52,503 nucleotides of DNA from Promethearchaeota archaeon (GTDB lineage Archaea > Asgardarchaeota > Lokiarchaeia > Sigyniarchaeales > SOKP01): positions 1-52,503 of the forward strand of contig JBHLLU010000028.1 of NCBI GenBank assembly GCA_048938895.1, given 5' to 3'. The notes below the pieces were generated by a model. That model had not been told where the DNA came from and made no database searches. It was given only the letters and a program-made list of their open reading frames with translations. How positions within the stretch are numbered: position 1 is the first letter of the stretch; each line of letters begins with the position of its first letter. The position numbers and the translations under genes are program-made. Shown piece by piece: positions 19,455 to 28,972 of this stretch.

Positions 19455-20606
19455 ATGACAGCAAGGATTAGCGAAGATTGTCTTATTTTTTATGGCTTTT
19501 CTCCAGAAACTAAAAGGTTTCGGAAAGTTTTTAATCAAATTTCTAATTTTGTAAAGAATAAAATAGAAATTGATCCTTCTGGAAGATTTAATTTCATCCT
19601 ATATCTCGAATCTGGCCCAAATTATTTAGATCAGTTTACTCTCAACTCAGAACATCTCCTAAAGACCTTAAAATTATTAAGTAATGATATTGTAAAAGTT
19701 AATACTGCACAAGGTATTCTATTTGGCCTTTCTCTACTTATTGAAAATTTTAAAAAAACCTCAAAAAGATTGTTTAGATTATTAGTGATATTAGATACCA
19801 GTGCTTCTAATATTCCTCCTAACGAATTTTCTTTAATAGAAAAATTAATTAATGATTTTCGAATTTTTCCATTTTATATAGATATAATTAGTCTAGAAAC
19901 ACAAAATAATGAAGAACTTGAACTTTTAAAAAAAATCGCTAATTCTTGTAATGGAGAACTTTATCAGATAAAGAATGTTGATGATCTTGATCCATTACTA
20001 ACCACACTTGTTAAAAAAAAATTTGATATGGAATATTTATACTCAAGATATATATTAAACAGACACCATGGAGAAACCCAAACAGTTTATCAGAGCATAG
20101 CAGACAGGCTTGATGCTTTTCAAGGACAGGCTATTTGTTCCATATGTTCACAAAAAGATAATAAGGGTATTATGCAATGTCCTTCATGTGGAATATTAGC
20201 ACATAAAAAATGTTGGGCGTTATGGGCAATAAATTTGAATAGAGTAATGCCCCATATTTTTAGATGCCCTAATTGCTTTTACTTACTAAAACTTGACGAG
20301 GATTTTGTAATTGATGTTCAACTTGAGACTAATCTTTCAGATAAAAAATTAAATATAATAAAAAAGAAAGAAGTCAATGAATTCTTACAAGAGTCCAATA
20401 TTGAATCTAAGGTTAAAAAAGCAGAGGATATTATGGTTGCAGAAATTAAAGCGATAATTAATTCAAAGAAAGGTATTTCAGAATTTGTTAAACAAAATGA
20501 AAAACAAAATGAACTCATTCAAACCATTAAAATCTGCCCCATTTGCAATAACCTTATACCAGATAATGAAAAATGTTGCCCTATATGCAATTTCTTTCTC
20601 TCTTAA
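19455..20606 (+). CDS. vWA-like domain + C4HC3 RING-CH/PHD-like finger + C-terminal zinc ribbon
   Basis: RLLVILD, IDIISL, LKKIANSCNGELY; CSIC..CPSCGILAHKKCWALW..CPNC; CPIC..CPIC. Confidence 0.8.
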   Translation: MTARISEDCLIFYGFSPETKRFRKVFNQISNFVKNKIEIDPSGRFNFILYLESGPNYLDQFTLNSEHLLKTLKLLSNDIVKVNTAQGILFGLSLLIENFKKTSKRLFRLLVILDTSASNIPPNEFSLIEKLINDFRIFPFYIDIISLETQNNEELELLKKIANSCNGELYQIKNVDDLDPLLTTLVKKKFDMEYLYSRYILNRHHGETQTVYQSIADRLDAFQGQAICSICSQKDNKGIMQCPSCGILAHKKCWALWAINLNRVMPHIFRCPNCFYLLKLDEDFVIDVQLETNLSDKKLNIIKKKEVNEFLQESNIESKVKKAEDIMVAEIKAIINSKKGISEFVKQNEKQNELIQTIKICPICNNLIPDNEKCCPICNFFLS

Positions 20607-20704
20607 AGGTAAACTTCAATAGTTTAATCTATTTGTCTATTTTTGCATCCACAGGTTCTTTTTCGGCTTTTATAAAATCTTGAATCTAATAAAAAACTTT
20701 AAGT

Positions 20705-21826
20705 TTATTTTATATCGTCTGGATTCATCTCTTTGCCTATAACAGATGATCTAAGTGCGGCAAGTGAAAATTTTATAACATATTTACCTTGTTCTCCAGT
20801 AAGTAGAGGTTCTCCACCATTTTTCATAACATCTATAAAATGCTTTGTAGAATTGATAAAACTATATTTCCAATCACGTTCCATATCTGAAAATGATTCT
20901 ACTTTACCATCTCTAAAAACCACGATTGGCGGAAAGATTCCAGAATCAGACATGACATTTCCCCCTGCAGTTGCCTGATTAATCCACATAGCTCCTTTAG
21001 ATCCCGTCAACGTGATAAAATCATCCTCAGCGTAATAAGGACTAGGAAGATACATATCCGGCAAAAGATTATATTCCATTTTTCCATATTTAGGCATAAG
21101 ACTTTTAGCATCTTGAGATGATTGGTATTTCCACATCATATAAGCAGGTAAGTCCATGATTTTCCTGTCTATCCAGGAGAAAACTTTTTCTATCTTTTCA
21201 TTTATAAAAAACAATGATAGCCAGAATTTGTGGAATCCATCATCAAAAACACACGGAGACCCAACTTCTAAACCTCCTCCACATGTTTCTGCGTTAAACC
21301 TCCATTTCCAAGCACTAGGTGGAACTTCCCAACCTCCTCCTCCTTCAGCAACAAGTGTTTTAATATGAATTGAATTTACTTCACCAATGATTCCATTATC
21401 TAATAATTGTTTTGCTCTCACTATTGGCGGGTAGAATGTAAAGTTCTCGTAAATTTTTAATTTCACGCTATTTTTACTACAGACTTCAATCATTTTATCG
21501 CATTCTTCAATGGTGTTTGCCATTGGTTTTTGAACACTAATCCCTCTCACTTTTTTCTGAGCAGCATATATAGTCACCTCACAATGTAAATGGTGAGGTA
21601 AAAGTACCTCAAGAATATCTAAATCTTCAGAATCAAGCATGCTTTTATAATCTCGATATATATTAACAGAAGACCCCAAATTGAACTCGTTAATTTTTCG
21701 TTCTGCATTCTTACGGCGATTATCACAGAGACAAACAACTTCTACATCTTCATTGTCTAAATATCCAAGAATATTTAAATCAAAAATTCTCCCACAACCA
21801 ATTATTCCAATTTTTAATTTCCCCAT
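20705..21826 (-). CDS. Gfo/Idh/MocA family oxidoreductase
   Basis: IGIIGCGRI, VQKPMA, DDGFH. Confidence 0.92.
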   Translation of the reverse strand: MGKLKIGIIGCGRIFDLNILGYLDNEDVEVVCLCDNRRKNAERKINEFNLGSSVNIYRDYKSMLDSEDLDILEVLLPHHLHCEVTIYAAQKKVRGISVQKPMANTIEECDKMIEVCSKNSVKLKIYENFTFYPPIVRAKQLLDNGIIGEVNSIHIKTLVAEGGGGWEVPPSAWKWRFNAETCGGGLEVGSPCVFDDGFHKFWLSLFFINEKIEKVFSWIDRKIMDLPAYMMWKYQSSQDAKSLMPKYGKMEYNLLPDMYLPSPYYAEDDFITLTGSKGAMWINQATAGGNVMSDSGIFPPIVVFRDGKVESFSDMERDWKYSFINSTKHFIDVMKNGGEPLLTGEQGKYVIKFSLAALRSSVIGKEMNPDDIK

Positions 21827-21919
21827 AGAAAATCAACAAATACTTTTAAAATAAAATGGTAAATTAGCTAGAGAAATTATAAAAAAAAAAAATAGTTTTA
21901 CTTTTTAAGTAATATTCAA

Positions 21920-24517
21920 TTATTCTGTTTCAGGTTCTTTTGATTTAAAAGGTTCAGATCCTGAGGGATAAATATTTGTTACTTTGCGAGGTGTCGTATT
22001 ATACCCATTTTTTTCCATCGTAGCATATAATTTTTTAATGTTATTATCAACACTCATTTCCATTACTTCTCCAGCTAGAAGGATATAAGAAAATGCTGTC
22101 AAAAAGGGAATCCCCCCAAAAAAGACAACAATAATAAGAACACCAAAAACCATCATAAAAGGTTCACCTTCCCCAAAGAATCCAGAGAAATCAACTGTGG
22201 AAAGAAAAGATCCAAAAGTTAGTATTGCAGAAAGTCCAGCTATTCCTTTTACAATCGATTGAGCCCAAATACTTACAGGTTCTATATCCGCAGGTTGACG
22301 ATATTTTTTATGTTCGCGGTAATAAACAATTCCAGCATCATCAAGTAAGAAATTACCTGCAATGAAAAATGAAAACAGTACAAATGATAAAATCATTGGT
22401 AAGACACAGCATAACATATATCCCATCATAAAATTAAAGAAATCTGTACCTCCAAAAACCTCAAAATCTGTAGGATATCCAAGAAACTCTGTTAAAGCAT
22501 CATAGCTATAAAATCCTACAGAAATCGAAAGAAGTAAAGGTAGGATCAACCTTTTGAGCTGAATTATGAGACCCATCTCCTTTTTCTCCCCCATATCCAG
22601 AACTAAAATATCATTTTTATACCCTCTAGAAATTTTAAAGAAGAGATCTCTCAATTTAATGAAAACATAGGCAAATTGAGGTGCAAATCGATTATATAAA
22701 GCCGCTGTTAAGGGCAATGTTCCATACCATGTAATAATTACGAGTAAGAAAACAATGACTATGTTAGTATTATTTGTACCTGTAATTAACGTATTATTAA
22801 AGATATTCATCAGAATTAAAAAGAGTAAAAAAGTCATCGTAATTAAAGCAATTGCAAGGATATTTACAGCTACAGTGAGTTTGTGCTTCTTAACACTACT
22901 GCGTTTATAATCTAATCTCCTTCCCCATATTATAATTATTATAATCCCCGTGCCTAATAATATTGCTAGAAGGATGAATAAGGGCAAACCTAAAGTAAAA
23001 GTTGGTGATATCCATAATCCCTTTGGATCTCTTGTGGAAATTGCAACCACTCTGTCATCACCTGAAATGACATAATCCTTTTTCCCATCTCCATCAAAAT
23101 CGATTACTGTGATTAAAGAATCGGGATGAAATTCTGTATTGATGACAGAAATTTCTTTTCCAGTTACGGTGTCTATAATAGTAAAACGAGCAACTTCATT
23201 AAATCCCAAGATGGGACGAAATCTTTTGAAATATATTATTTCATCTATAGAATCTCCGTTCAAATCTTCATTCAAAACAAATACTCCATCTTCATGGTTC
23301 CCACCTACTTTATTCTTTTCCCATATTACTTCCTCAAAAATAGGAGTAATTCTATATACACGCATAAATTGTTCTTCAGGTGAATCTACTGCACTCATAA
23401 ATCTTATATTTAATAGAAAATAGATTACACCAATTTCATTACTTTGAATTTCATCGATATCTACTTCATGAACTGAATAAATTGAAACTAGATCGTCAAT
23501 ATTAAATTGTTTTAGTATTGCTCCTGAGAAGCCATCCATTAGTATCATTGTACTATTGCGATATAAAAATAATATTTCTGAAATAGAATCTGAATTGATG
23601 TCTTTAATGATTTCGTATTCAATTATGTATTCGTTAAGTGTTAGATTATAAATTGGATCAAGAAAATTATTCTCGCTGGTATTTAGCAGAATTAGAGATC
23701 TTTCGTCAATAAAGAGAACCACAGGTTGATTGTTTTCATTAAGTAATTCAAGACTAGGAGTTTTTGATTGACTCCAAATAGATCGGTTGGTGATATAAAT
23801 ACTATTAGTCTTTGTTCCATTAATAAAATAACTTGTAATATTAAATTCATGCTGTATATCCCAACGGTCTTCCCATGAATTATATACTTCATATTCTTTA
23901 GCTTCTAACAAAATTAAATCTTCATGATCATCTCCTACAATATCATCTACAACCACTAAATCGTGTACATAGAAATTAGTAAAATCAAATTCATACCCCT
24001 TTAATACCTTACCGTCAGTTCCATTAAGTAAATGATTCGTATTCATATTTGGTATAGTTTTTGGATTATATTGACCATTAGTTTCTTGCATTTCTGGTTC
24101 TATCGAACTTTTACTAACGAAATAGTCAATTGTTCCATCGTTGTTAACATCCATTATAGGAAATACTTTTTTCACAGGGCCATTATATTCTTTTTCCCAT
24201 ATCAACTTTCCAGTAGCACCTTCAAGGCAATAAACTCCTCCATATTGTATGTCCGGATATCTTTCTGGTTCATCCGTACCACGGATATAAGAATAAGTAA
24301 TAATGTCGTTTCGCCCGTTTTTGTTCACATCATCTGTCTGAAATGTTTCCATCCCTAAAGGATAAATGTCTCTAATCTCTTCCCATGCCCAACCAGGTTG
24401 GAGTTCCATCTGAGTCATAAATACAATTCCCAACACACCAAATACTATAAAAGAAATCGCTAAGAGAACTAAATTGAGAGGACGTGAATCTCCTTCTTCA
24501 TTTTTTCTTAACTTCAT
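21920..24517 (-). CDS. FG-GAP/VCBS-repeat beta-propeller protein with multi-TM C-terminal domain
   Basis: DVNKNGRNDI, DVNNDGTIDY, DINSDSISEI, DLNGDSIDEI, DFDGDGKKDY; 1 N-terminal and about 7 C-terminal TMs. Confidence 0.82.
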   Translation of the reverse strand: MKLRKNEEGDSRPLNLVLLAISFIVFGVLGIVFMTQMELQPGWAWEEIRDIYPLGMETFQTDDVNKNGRNDIITYSYIRGTDEPERYPDIQYGGVYCLEGATGKLIWEKEYNGPVKKVFPIMDVNNDGTIDYFVSKSSIEPEMQETNGQYNPKTIPNMNTNHLLNGTDGKVLKGYEFDFTNFYVHDLVVVDDIVGDDHEDLILLEAKEYEVYNSWEDRWDIQHEFNITSYFINGTKTNSIYITNRSIWSQSKTPSLELLNENNQPVVLFIDERSLILLNTSENNFLDPIYNLTLNEYIIEYEIIKDINSDSISEILFLYRNSTMILMDGFSGAILKQFNIDDLVSIYSVHEVDIDEIQSNEIGVIYFLLNIRFMSAVDSPEEQFMRVYRITPIFEEVIWEKNKVGGNHEDGVFVLNEDLNGDSIDEIIYFKRFRPILGFNEVARFTIIDTVTGKEISVINTEFHPDSLITVIDFDGDGKKDYVISGDDRVVAISTRDPKGLWISPTFTLGLPLFILLAILLGTGIIIIIIWGRRLDYKRSSVKKHKLTVAVNILAIALITMTFLLFLILMNIFNNTLITGTNNTNIVIVFLLVIITWYGTLPLTAALYNRFAPQFAYVFIKLRDLFFKISRGYKNDILVLDMGEKKEMGLIIQLKRLILPLLLSISVGFYSYDALTEFLGYPTDFEVFGGTDFFNFMMGYMLCCVLPMILSFVLFSFFIAGNFLLDDAGIVYYREHKKYRQPADIEPVSIWAQSIVKGIAGLSAILTFGSFLSTVDFSGFFGEGEPFMMVFGVLIIVVFFGGIPFLTAFSYILLAGEVMEMSVDNNIKKLYATMEKNGYNTTPRKVTNIYPSGSEPFKSKEPETE

Positions 24518-24659
24518 TGTAAAAATCCTAAGTTTTTATTGAGATTTATTTAATAAATATTACATTAAACCTCGATTTTATAAACTTTAGGTAGAGTTGA
24601 CTAGTTAATACGTCAATTTTAAGAAATATATTAAAAAATAAAAAAAAATATTATTAATT

Positions 24660-24704
24660 GGGGTGCTTTAGAAGTGGTGTTTCAGCGCGCTTCTAAAACG
24701 CTCC
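24660..24704. other. GC-rich stem-loop immediately 3' of the Hsp20 gene
   Basis: TTTAGAAG/CTTCTAAA core with flanking pairing in an otherwise AT-rich spacer. Confidence 0.55.
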
Positions 24705-24726
24705 ACCTTACATTTATTCTGCCTAT

Positions 24727-25227
24727 TTAGCTTTCAGTTACATCTATTTTCTTTGGTGGTTTCTTACCAAATGTTACCTTTAGAAGTCCATTAGACATTT
24801 TTGAGACTATTGTATCCGTATCCGCATCAGCAGGTAGAGGAATGTCCATATTTACATCTATAAATGTAAACCCCTTCCAGAAGTTTGGGCCAAACCATTC
24901 TTGATGGGGATCTTGTTCCTTTTCTTCCTCTTTCAGATTTTCCTTTTCAGGTATCTTTGGTTTCTCCGCCTTAATATTAAGGTGTTTATTTATTAATGAA
25001 ACCTTAACCTCTTCTTTAGTGCGACCAGCTAAAGGTACTGTAACTAAATAGGTATCTCCAAGATCTTCCACATTATATGGTATATGACTTCCAAGAAATC
25101 CTTTCATAAAATGTTTTGCCATGTGTTTCATTTTATGAATTTGCTCGGGAGTTAATGTAAAACATCCAGCCATTCCTCCTCTATAATGTGGATGATAGTG
25201 TCGACCACTTGGGTTTTCATTACACAT
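24727..25227 (-). CDS. Hsp20/alpha-crystallin small heat-shock protein
   Basis: YLVTVPLAG..KEEVKV, IPLP, MSNGLLKVTF. Confidence 0.88.
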   Translation of the reverse strand: MCNENPSGRHYHPHYRGGMAGCFTLTPEQIHKMKHMAKHFMKGFLGSHIPYNVEDLGDTYLVTVPLAGRTKEEVKVSLINKHLNIKAEKPKIPEKENLKEEEKEQDPHQEWFGPNFWKGFTFIDVNMDIPLPADADTDTIVSKMSNGLLKVTFGKKPPKKIDVTES

Positions 25228-25264
25228 ATTATTTACCTCTCATTTTTATTTTTTTTTAAAAAAT

Positions 25265-25891
25265 TTATGTATAGAAGTCATCATCGTAAATTTCTATAGG
25301 TTTAGACTTTTCTCTGCGTTCTTTTTTGATATTAGAAAGGATTGAATTGTATCTGGTAATCTGTTCATCAATTAGTTTTATTCGCTGGTTTAATTCGATT
25401 TTCGAGGTTTCAAGTCTTTTAATTACATCCCCAATATGCTGTTGATTTTTAAGTGATAAATCACTCTCATCAATTTCTATCCTATGATGAGGGAAACTAC
25501 AAAACATAGTTTCCACGTTTCTTTTAACTCTTGGAAGATCTCCAATAAGTGCGAATATAGAATCCATAAAAGAATGCATACTAGGATAAATTTTTTCCCT
25601 TAAAGTATGCTTAAGAACTTCGATTCCCTCATTAGTTATATGATATCCTTTTTTAAGACGTCTTGTATCATCTATTTCTTCAATACGTACTAATCCTTTC
25701 TCTGCTAAGTTCTTTAATAAGGGATATATTGATCCTGCAGTTCCTCTCCATAATCCTCTTGGTTTACTGGAAATTTTTTGAATTATATCGTATCCAGTTA
25801 TTCCTGGATTGTCTTTTATTATCTTTAGTACAAAGATCTCTAAACCTGTTATTTCTCCTGTTCCATGTTTAGTAAAAATTGTAATCACCAT
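25265..25891 (-). CDS. PadR family transcriptional regulator
   Basis: GYDIIQKI, GSIYPLLKNLAEKGLV, YHITNEG; C-terminal coiled coil. Confidence 0.92.
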   Translation of the reverse strand: MVITIFTKHGTGEITGLEIFVLKIIKDNPGITGYDIIQKISSKPRGLWRGTAGSIYPLLKNLAEKGLVRIEEIDDTRRLKKGYHITNEGIEVLKHTLREKIYPSMHSFMDSIFALIGDLPRVKRNVETMFCSFPHHRIEIDESDLSLKNQQHIGDVIKRLETSKIELNQRIKLIDEQITRYNSILSNIKKERREKSKPIEIYDDDFYT

Positions 25892-25900
25892 TTTTATATA

Positions 25901-25966
25901 GTTACCGATATGTATCGGTTTCGATATATCGTTATCGTAACAATAAAATCAAATCACCTTTATAAA
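25901..25966 (-). promoter_or_regulatory. PadR promoter with tandem palindromic operators
   Basis: ACCGATA-TG-TATCGGT 25904-25919, CGATATATCG 25922-25931, TTTATAAA 25959-25966. Confidence 0.7.
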
Positions 25967-26039
25967 CTTATGGTCTAAAAATATGATAAAAATAGATTGT
26001 CAATAAAGAGATTCTAATGTAAATAAATAAAAAAAAGAA

Positions 26040-26717
26040 TTATATTCCAACTTCTTTTAGGATGGATGGAATTATAGCTCTAAAATTTAGAATATCGATC
26101 AAACCTTTATTGCGATCATTTGGCTTAACAATATTTAACACTGCTATATCTGCTCCATTGAAATATGCTTTTCTCACAGAATTTTGATTTAATCCCCCCG
26201 CAACCGATATTAATACATTATATTTAGAACGGACTTTATTGATATCTTTATACCTGATTATGTTCCTTGGATTTACTTCTTCATCACGTCCTTTATGAAT
26301 AACCACTGCATTAGGTTTATATTTTAATTGTAAAATTTTTCTCAATGGATCATTCTGACCAAGCATGTCAATCATTGAAAAAATACCAAATCTATCACAA
26401 GTTTCATTAAAAAAATCTAATGTATCATTCGGTGCATTTCCTGTGGCAGTAACTGCATTAGCTCCCGCATTATAGGCAAATCTAACTTCTTCATATGCGC
26501 CATCGGTCACTTTTAGATCAGCCACAATCAAACCAGGCCAATATCTTCTAATTAATCGGATACCATCTATTCCGGCTTGTTTTATATATGGTGTCCCTGC
26601 TTCGATAATAATTCGAGGATCATATAAAATCTGGGGTAAAATTCTTAATACATCTGAAGTGGTATGATTAAATGCGATTTGTATATACCGTTGATTATAA
26701 TTGAAGGTTCTACTCAT
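26040..26717 (-). CDS. HPS / OMP decarboxylase superfamily protein (3-hexulose-6-phosphate synthase-like)
   Basis: IEAGTPYIK, ADLKVTDG, HKGRDEE, VAGG. Confidence 0.82.
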   Translation of the reverse strand: MSRTFNYNQRYIQIAFNHTTSDVLRILPQILYDPRIIIEAGTPYIKQAGIDGIRLIRRYWPGLIVADLKVTDGAYEEVRFAYNAGANAVTATGNAPNDTLDFFNETCDRFGIFSMIDMLGQNDPLRKILQLKYKPNAVVIHKGRDEEVNPRNIIRYKDINKVRSKYNVLISVAGGLNQNSVRKAYFNGADIAVLNIVKPNDRNKGLIDILNFRAIIPSILKEVGI

Positions 26718-26734
26718 TTACAAACCTCTAAATT

Positions 26735-27508
26735 TTAAGAAATCTTCTTAAGAATATTGCCTATATCAGAAGGCATGAATATTACTATTTTTTCTGATGG
26801 ATCTTGAGAAATATCTCTTATTGTTTGAAGAGTTCTAAGTTGTATAGCCCCTGATTCTGCAGATAACATTGACGCTGCATCAGCTAAATTTTTTGCTGCT
26901 GCCAGTTCTCCCTCACTAGCGATTATTGCTGCTCTTTTCTCCCGTTCAGCTTCTGCTTGTTTAGCCATAGCTCGCTTCATTTCGGCAGGTAATTCTATCT
27001 CCTGGATTTTAATACTTTTAATATCTATACCCCATTCATTTGTTTCTTGATCAACAATTTTTCGAATATCCGCTGCTATTTTATCTCTTTCGGTCAGGAC
27101 ACTATCAAGTTCCATATTCCCCGCTACATCCCTTAAAGCAGCTTGAGTATATTGCCTTACAGCGAAAGCATAGTTCTCAATTTTTATAACTGCGTCTTCT
27201 GGTCTTTCAACCTTGTAATAAACTACTGTATTCGCCAGCACCGGAATGTTATCTCTCGTGATTACTTCTTGTCGGGGAATATCAGCGGTTACAATTCTCA
27301 GATCGACTTTTTGCTTCTTCTCAAGAATTGGGAGAATGTATACAACTCCAGGTCCAATGGTTCGTTTATACTTTCCTAATCTAAAGATAACCAATCGTTC
27401 ATATTCTAAGATCACCTTAATTCCTGCTAATAACCAAATAGCTATGATTATGAGAAATATCACAACAAGAGTTATTATCCATACGCCTACAATACCTTGA
27501 AATATCAT
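26735..27508 (-). CDS. Stomatin/SPFH (band 7, slipin) protein
   Basis: EYERLVIFRLG, VDLR, QEVITRDN, AMAKQAEAERE, LRTLQT. Confidence 0.95.
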   Translation of the reverse strand: MIFQGIVGVWIITLVVIFLIIIAIWLLAGIKVILEYERLVIFRLGKYKRTIGPGVVYILPILEKKQKVDLRIVTADIPRQEVITRDNIPVLANTVVYYKVERPEDAVIKIENYAFAVRQYTQAALRDVAGNMELDSVLTERDKIAADIRKIVDQETNEWGIDIKSIKIQEIELPAEMKRAMAKQAEAEREKRAAIIASEGELAAAKNLADAASMLSAESGAIQLRTLQTIRDISQDPSEKIVIFMPSDIGNILKKIS

Positions 27509-27730
27509 ATCTCATCTTCTTTTAAATTTAGTATATGGAAATCACTTTATAAAAGGAAATTAGACATATTTAAATTTATTTATTGAGTTAACTAAGAAAT
27601 CCGAACATTTTTATACTCTATTTAGATTATCTAATAAATTACACTAGTGAAATTCAGATATTCTGCAAGAATTTTTAAAGCATAATTTTATTGATTAGCA
27701 TGAAAACATAATTTAACTAATAAGATTATA

Positions 27731-28036
27731 ATGAGAATACCAACCATCTTTTCAACTATAACTGCCACTTTTTTAGTAATTCTTGTGATCGCCGTAATTT
27801 TCTTTATTATTATACTTTTAATTGTGTATAAACTTATTCATAGCAATGTTAATAATGTAAAGAAGAGATCTGAACCATACGATAAAGTTACTTATGAAAA
27901 TATACGAAAGCTACCAAGTAATAACGATTTCAAAAAAAAAAAATTACAAGATAATTCTTTAACATGTCGATATTGTGGTGAGCAAGTTCGAGAAAATGTT
28001 AATTTTTGCCCTCTTTGTGGTTCCTTTCTGAAGTAA
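27731..28036 (+). CDS. Single-TM protein with C-terminal zinc ribbon
   Basis: Long N-terminal hydrophobic helix; CRYCG..FCPLCG. Confidence 0.8.
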   Translation: MRIPTIFSTITATFLVILVIAVIFFIIILLIVYKLIHSNVNNVKKRSEPYDKVTYENIRKLPSNNDFKKKKLQDNSLTCRYCGEQVRENVNFCPLCGSFLK

Positions 28037-28132
28037 AAAACTCTAAATGTTAAGAAATTTATAAAAACACATATTACTTCTTCTACAACTTTGGGTCTAC
28101 AGATTAAAGATTAAAATTAGTGAAAAAAAATC

Positions 28133-28918
28133 ATGCCAATTTTAGGAATAGATATAATTAAGTGTACCAAATGTCAAATGTGCATAAAGGATTGTCCAAC
28201 TCAGAATTTTAGGAGAGATGATAAACAAGAAAATATAATTTTTGACGGTTCACGATGTATCCTTTGTGGTCATTGTATAGCTGTTTGTCCAGAGAATGCA
28301 ATATTGTATGCAGATATGGGAGATGAGGTAATAGAATTTGAAGAAAGCGAAAACCCTTACGAAATAATATCATATAAATCACTACACCTATTTTTTCGTG
28401 CTAAAAGGTCAACCCGTCAATATCAAAACAAAAAAGTCCCTAAAAATATCATAGATAAAGTGATAAATTCAATGCGATATGCTCCAACTGGAGCAAATAT
28501 TCGCTTTTTTAAATGCCTAATAATTAATGATGACAATAAGAGGAGTTTACTAACTGATGCTATAATTAATGCTTTAGAATCAAGAGATACAAGAGAAACT
28601 TTTAGTGCAATGCGAGTGAAGGGATTTGATCCTATCTTTTTTAATGCACCTCACATACTTATTTTCTATTCCAAAAATCCTTGGGATACTCGAAATGTTA
28701 CTATTGCAATGACATATGGTATGTTAAGCGCTCAGTCATTGGGTTTAGGAAGTTGTTGGGTTGGATTTGCTCATGGGATTTTACAGGATCATCCCGCAAT
28801 TACAAGAAAATTTACTGGAATTGAAACTTATATTTTAGGGGTAATGAGTCTTGGATACCCTTCAGTAAGATACTATCGTGCCCCGCCTCGCCCCGCAATA
28901 GAAATTAAGGAGTTATGA
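28133..28918 (+). CDS. Nitroreductase with N-terminal 2x[4Fe-4S] ferredoxin
   Basis: CTKCQMCIKDCP, CILCGHCIAVCP, KRSTRQY, APTGAN, LGLGSCW. Confidence 0.92.
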   Translation: MPILGIDIIKCTKCQMCIKDCPTQNFRRDDKQENIIFDGSRCILCGHCIAVCPENAILYADMGDEVIEFEESENPYEIISYKSLHLFFRAKRSTRQYQNKKVPKNIIDKVINSMRYAPTGANIRFFKCLIINDDNKRSLLTDAIINALESRDTRETFSAMRVKGFDPIFFNAPHILIFYSKNPWDTRNVTIAMTYGMLSAQSLGLGSCWVGFAHGILQDHPAITRKFTGIETYILGVMSLGYPSVRYYRAPPRPAIEIKEL

Positions 28919-28972
28919 GCATAGTACAAAGCTTAAAACTATAAAAAGGATCTGAATCTCATATTCTTAATT

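Noticed and set aside
24660-24704. Hairpin as SECIS element or tRNA fragment
   Set aside because: No AUGA/GA core, no in-frame UGA noticed in the adjacent gene, no cloverleaf
25879-25891. PadR starting at ATT after an internal GGTGA
   Set aside because: An in-frame ATG lies four codons upstream, so a non-canonical start is not required
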